From assembly GCA_050251945.1 (NCBI GenBank), contig JBFWLW010000002.1, forward strand, positions 160,001 to 224,000: a DNA stretch of 64,000 nt, read 5' to 3'. Source of the stretch: Deferribacterales bacterium. GTDB taxonomy: Bacteria; Chrysiogenota; Deferribacteres; Deferribacterales; Geovibrionaceae. Position 1 is the first letter of the stretch. Each line of letters starts with the position of its first letter. Shown here piece by piece: positions 60,738 through 64,000 of the stretch. The position numbers and the translations under genes were made by a program. A model generated the notes under the pieces. The model searched no databases. It was given only the letters and a program-made list of their open reading frames with translations, and was not told the origin of the DNA.

Positions 60738-60765
60738 AAAAGCCTGTCGAAAGACAGGCTTTTTT
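60738..60765 (+). terminator. Bidirectional Rho-independent terminator
   Basis: aaaagcctgtc-gaaa-gacaggctttttt. Confidence 0.85.
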
Positions 60766-60776
60766 GTTTGTATCCA

Positions 60777-61172
60777 TTAATCTTTAACTTCTGTACATTT
60801 CTTGAAGAAATTCGCGACGTCCGGTTTTTCAATACTCCCCTCTGCAACGGAAAGTGCAACACGATACAGTTCATCATCGTCAGAATTTATGACATAACCG
60901 TTAATATCTAAAAACACCATCGAAGATATCAATCCGGTACGTTTATTCCCATCAACAAACGGATGGTTTTTAATGATATGGTATATATACGCAGCTGCCA
61001 TTTCAAAAACATCAGCATGAAGATATTCATCTCCAAAAACTGCGGCAGGCATTGCACACGCAGAATCAAGTAAGTTCATATCCCTCAAAGCAGAATCACC
61101 GCCAAACTTCATAATCTGCAGATCATGAAGTTTTATAACAATCTCAAGAGTAAGAAATGAGACATCTTTCAT
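60777..61172 (-). CDS. doc: Doc (Fic-fold) family toxin
   Basis: HPFVDGNKRTG motif, 131 aa. Confidence 0.9.
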   Translation of the reverse strand: MKDVSFLTLEIVIKLHDLQIMKFGGDSALRDMNLLDSACAMPAAVFGDEYLHADVFEMAAAYIYHIIKNHPFVDGNKRTGLISSMVFLDINGYVINSDDDELYRVALSVAEGSIEKPDVANFFKKCTEVKD

Positions 61173-61396
61173 TCAGCGAGCCTTCTGAATACATCAGAAT
61201 ATTTTTCTGTTATTCTTTCAGCAACTTCCATAATTTCCTTATCTCTTTCGTCATCCGTAACCGGAGTCAAAATAAGTGCTTTACCATCCGTAGTGATTTT
61301 AAACTGCGTCTTGGCATCAGCTCCCAGAAGTTCAAGCACTGGTTTTTCTATCACCAGTGCAAGGCTGTTTCCATGTTTTGTGAGATTTTTGATCAT
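61169..61396 (-). CDS. AbrB/MazE-type antitoxin
   Basis: KHGNSLALVI swapped-hairpin start, C-terminal FRRLA; 4-bp overlap with the toxin. Confidence 0.85.
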   Translation of the reverse strand: MIKNLTKHGNSLALVIEKPVLELLGADAKTQFKITTDGKALILTPVTDDERDKEIMEVAERITEKYSDVFRRLAE

Positions 61397-61508
61397 AAAT
61401 CACCGTATATACAATGTTATAACGAAAATATAATTCCTCAACTATTTATTGTCAATCTTTTGACCACAATTTTATTTTCACTTTTAAAATCTATGCTACA
61501 ATAACGTC

Positions 61509-61874
61509 ATGCTGAACAAACAGAAATTTCATCTTTTCAAAAACTGGGGATACGCCCTGCAAGGTCTGAAAGAGGTATTCCTCAACGAAAGCTCTTTCAA
61601 ACTTGAAGTATATGTTTTCATTGCCCTTCTGACAGGCATAATAGCCTCTCCGGTCCCCGTTCTGCATAAAGGCATACTCAGCACCTCCATGCTCATCCCC
61701 CTTGCGGCAGAGCTGGCAAACAGCGCCATAGAACGCACGGTGGATCTTGTCACCATGCGGTACGACGAAAAAGCCAAGCGGGCAAAGGACGCCGGAAGCG
61801 CGCTGGTTTTCATGAGCTTCATAATCACAGGTCTGATCTGGTTCTGGACAATTTTTTCACTCTTTTTTGACTGA
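61509..61874 (+). CDS. dgkA: Diacylglycerol kinase
   Basis: ELANSAIERTVD and AKDAGSA motifs; three TM helices. Confidence 0.88.
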   Translation: MLNKQKFHLFKNWGYALQGLKEVFLNESSFKLEVYVFIALLTGIIASPVPVLHKGILSTSMLIPLAAELANSAIERTVDLVTMRYDEKAKRAKDAGSALVFMSFIITGLIWFWTIFSLFFD

Positions 61875-61880
61875 TATCAA
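61867..61880. promoter_or_regulatory. Crp/Fnr-type binding site
   Basis: TTGAC-TGAT-ATCAA (FNR consensus TTGAT-N4-ATCAA); TATATT -10 candidate at 61902-61907. Confidence 0.55.
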
Positions 61881-61933
61881 TTTCATTTCCGCACTATCCG
61901 CTATATTTACAAAAAACATGACAGGAGGAGACC

Positions 61934-62173
61934 ATGCACGAAGGATGCAGCGGTTCTTTTGAATCAGGAAAACAGGTAGTGGATAAACTGCGCGCGATGG
62001 GGTTTTCAGAGGGCATGATGCCTCTGTCGCTTCATATAACTTGCGAAAACTGCGGAACAGAATTTGAAATGTACACATTTGAAACAAAATGCGGATGCGG
62101 TATGGTTTACGGCGTTACCCCGTGCCATGCTTTCAGCGCGGAACATGTTCAGGCTGCGGGTGTGGAGTATTAA
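61934..62173 (+). CDS. Small Cys/His-rich putative metal-binding protein
   Basis: Strong AGGAGG RBS; MHEGC, CENC, CGCG and PCH motifs. Confidence 0.75.
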   Translation: MHEGCSGSFESGKQVVDKLRAMGFSEGMMPLSLHITCENCGTEFEMYTFETKCGCGMVYGVTPCHAFSAEHVQAAGVEY

Positions 62174-62222
62174 AAATTATATATAGAACATATCAAGTAA
62201 GTTATGCCGTATACTGAAAGAC

Positions 62223-62430
62223 GAGACTGCTTCACCCTTGCAGGGTTCGCAGAGAGGGCTTTCTTTTTAGTCTTCGCGAGGGCTTTATGCCCGAAGCGAT
62301 CTCATCTTAGTTTGATTTTGTACTCTCGCTCTAAGATGCGCTATTATTTGCGTAAAACACTCTAGACTGATTCGTCATTTCATTCCTCGCAGAGACGTTA
62401 ATTCGTCTTTGCGAGCGAAGCAAAGCGGCT
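62223..62430. repeat. Two REP-like inverted doublets
   Basis: 62223-62303 and 62364-62430, homologous to the other agactgcttc...cgcagagac units. Confidence 0.7.
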
Positions 62431-62440
62431 TTTTCTTTCA

Positions 62441-62503
62441 CGGCTTTTAGAATCGAACAGTTCAAGGCGTAAGAAAAAAATATGCGAAGTGTTATAAAAG
62501 CCG
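62441..62503. repeat. Short copy of the ttcaaggcg...tatgcg element
   Basis: Terminal IR cggcttttagaa / ttataaaagccg; core matches 1123-1189. Confidence 0.65.
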
Positions 62504-62510
62504 ATACAAT

Positions 62511-63161
62511 CTATTCCAGATTCTTTAAAATCTTGATTTCCCTGCCCTGCACCTCAATATACCCCTCTTCCTGCAACTTCTTAAGTATGCGTGAAAAGGT
62601 CTCTGCGGTCGTACCGAGAAGAAGCGCAAGCTCGCCCTTAGGCACAGGCAGTTTCACCACTGCTGACTCTTTCTTTTTCTGAGATTTCAGCCAGTTCACA
62701 AGCCTTGCCCGCACGTCGTTGACGGTGAGGCTCTCAATAAGATTCACAAAATATTTGATACGCTTTGAAAGCGCACCTATGAGCCGCATGGATACTTTCG
62801 GGTCTTTGGAAATGACCTCTTCCAGCCTGTGCGCATCTATCTCAAGAAGTTCGCACTCCTCAAGGGTCATGGACGTCACAGGGTATTTCAGCCCTAGCTG
62901 TAAGAGTATCTCCGCAAAAATTTCACCGGAACGCACGAAATGGACGACAGCCTCTCTGCCCTCGTCGTTGGTGCGGAAAAGCTTTATACTGCCTTTCAAA
63001 AGGAAATAGACGGTACTGCCCTCCTGCCCCTCAACGAACAGAATACTCTTCTTCTCCGCTTTTCTGTGGCGGCAGATGGCATCAAGCACTTTCAAAAGTT
63101 CGGGATCAGCGGAGCCGAAAAACCCCGCCGCAAATTGTTTAATAGCTTCCTGTTTGTTCAT
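62511..63161 (-). CDS. Crp/Fnr family regulator (Dnr/HcpR-like, no FNR Cys cluster)
   Basis: cNMP-like domain (GEIFAE) and HTH LGTTAETFSR. Confidence 0.88.
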   Translation of the reverse strand: MNKQEAIKQFAAGFFGSADPELLKVLDAICRHRKAEKKSILFVEGQEGSTVYFLLKGSIKLFRTNDEGREAVVHFVRSGEIFAEILLQLGLKYPVTSMTLEECELLEIDAHRLEEVISKDPKVSMRLIGALSKRIKYFVNLIESLTVNDVRARLVNWLKSQKKKESAVVKLPVPKGELALLLGTTAETFSRILKKLQEEGYIEVQGREIKILKNLE

Positions 63162-63180
63162 AACAGGATTATAACACAGA

Positions 63181-63981
63181 TCACTTAAATGTAAATTTCA
63201 GTGTATCCTGCGATTTGTTATCAGGGCAGGCATCAACACAGTCACCGCAGTTGTTGCAGTGGGCGGATTCTCCCATAGTCATGGGATTTATCATCATGGG
63301 ACAGCTTATTACGCAGGACATGCAGTCTGAGCAATCCTCTTTTACCTTCCGCACGGTCATTCCGCGTTTTGACCGGAAGAACGACAGGAAAGTGCCTGTT
63401 GGGCAGAAAAATCTGCACCAGAACCGGAAATAGAAAAATTCCAGCAGTAAAAGCACCGCAACGAACACAAGCTCGAACGTTACATAATGGAATTTCACCA
63501 GCACCATCGCCTGAGTGGAGATCACGCCCGGCGCGGATATCAGATTCAGAACGGGTACCCCGGCTATCGCCATAAGCACCAGACCCACAAACAGAAAGAC
63601 ATATCTCACCTTCGCCTGTCTGATATGTATTGCGTCGGAGTATTTCGGTTTATATGCCTTCATTTTCAGTTTTCTGCGAAGCCACGACATGAACTCCGCG
63701 CAGAGATAATACGGGCAGAACCAGCTGCACCACACGCGCCCCAGAAGGAGCATCAGCACAACGGGAATAACCACCGAACCAAGCATATATTCGTTTACCC
63801 TTCCGGCGGCTATCATAGACTGAAAAACAGCCAGAGGGTCTGCCATTGCCGCGTCGCCTATATCCATTGAGATGAACGTTCCCTTTATAAAATACAGTTC
63901 AAAAACGTTCAGAACGGGTATGAAAAAAATGGCAAAGACCGTGAGTATCTGCGCTGTGCGCCTGTATCTTTTAATCTTCAT
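63181..63981 (-). CDS. napH: NapH/MauN-type membrane ferredoxin (quinol dehydrogenase subunit)
   Basis: GRVWCSWFCP and WCRFFCP motifs plus two CxxCxxCxxxCP clusters. Confidence 0.75.
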   Translation of the reverse strand: MKIKRYRRTAQILTVFAIFFIPVLNVFELYFIKGTFISMDIGDAAMADPLAVFQSMIAAGRVNEYMLGSVVIPVVLMLLLGRVWCSWFCPYYLCAEFMSWLRRKLKMKAYKPKYSDAIHIRQAKVRYVFLFVGLVLMAIAGVPVLNLISAPGVISTQAMVLVKFHYVTFELVFVAVLLLLEFFYFRFWCRFFCPTGTFLSFFRSKRGMTVRKVKEDCSDCMSCVISCPMMINPMTMGESAHCNNCGDCVDACPDNKSQDTLKFTFK

Positions 63982-64000
63982 GGCATTACCATTCCTGATC

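Noticed and set aside
60550..60780. 76-aa ORF on the + strand
   Set aside because: Overlaps tRNA-Val, tRNA-Asp and the terminator; spurious.

Overview
Bacterial chromosomal window from a motile, anaerobically respiring Gram-negative organism. Gene content and protein style suggest Deferribacterales (Denitrovibrio/Seleniivibrio-like); this is inference and is not verified. In order, it holds: a housekeeping block (mltD-like LysM protein, folE2, yraN, rnhB, hypBA, coaE, a tRNA nucleotidyltransferase); a 16 kb surface-polysaccharide locus with a CDP-3,6-dideoxyhexose pathway plus unusual ThDP, SDR, AroB-like cyclase and aldolase enzymes and a GtrA/GtrB/GT-C-like triad; a hydrogenase protease, ispF and a CPA2 antiporter; a flagellar cluster (flgFGAHIJMNKL-fliW-csrA) with a 1261-aa FlgL; an AT-rich insert encoding a degenerate MocR regulator, a porin and a Tat-exported SdhA/SdhB-like pair with a remodelled active site and no membrane anchor; fur/znuA; a NiFe uptake hydrogenase; an aldehyde dehydrogenase; hisZ-purA; four CCA-less tRNAs; a Doc/AbrB toxin-antitoxin pair; a Crp/Fnr regulator; and napH. 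Intergenic DNA carries several families of small structured repeats, including three ~140-bp MITE-like elements each flanked by a 20-23 bp duplicated hairpin. No CRISPR array, rRNA, integrase or transposase was seen. All calls come from motif reading by eye; no database searches were run.
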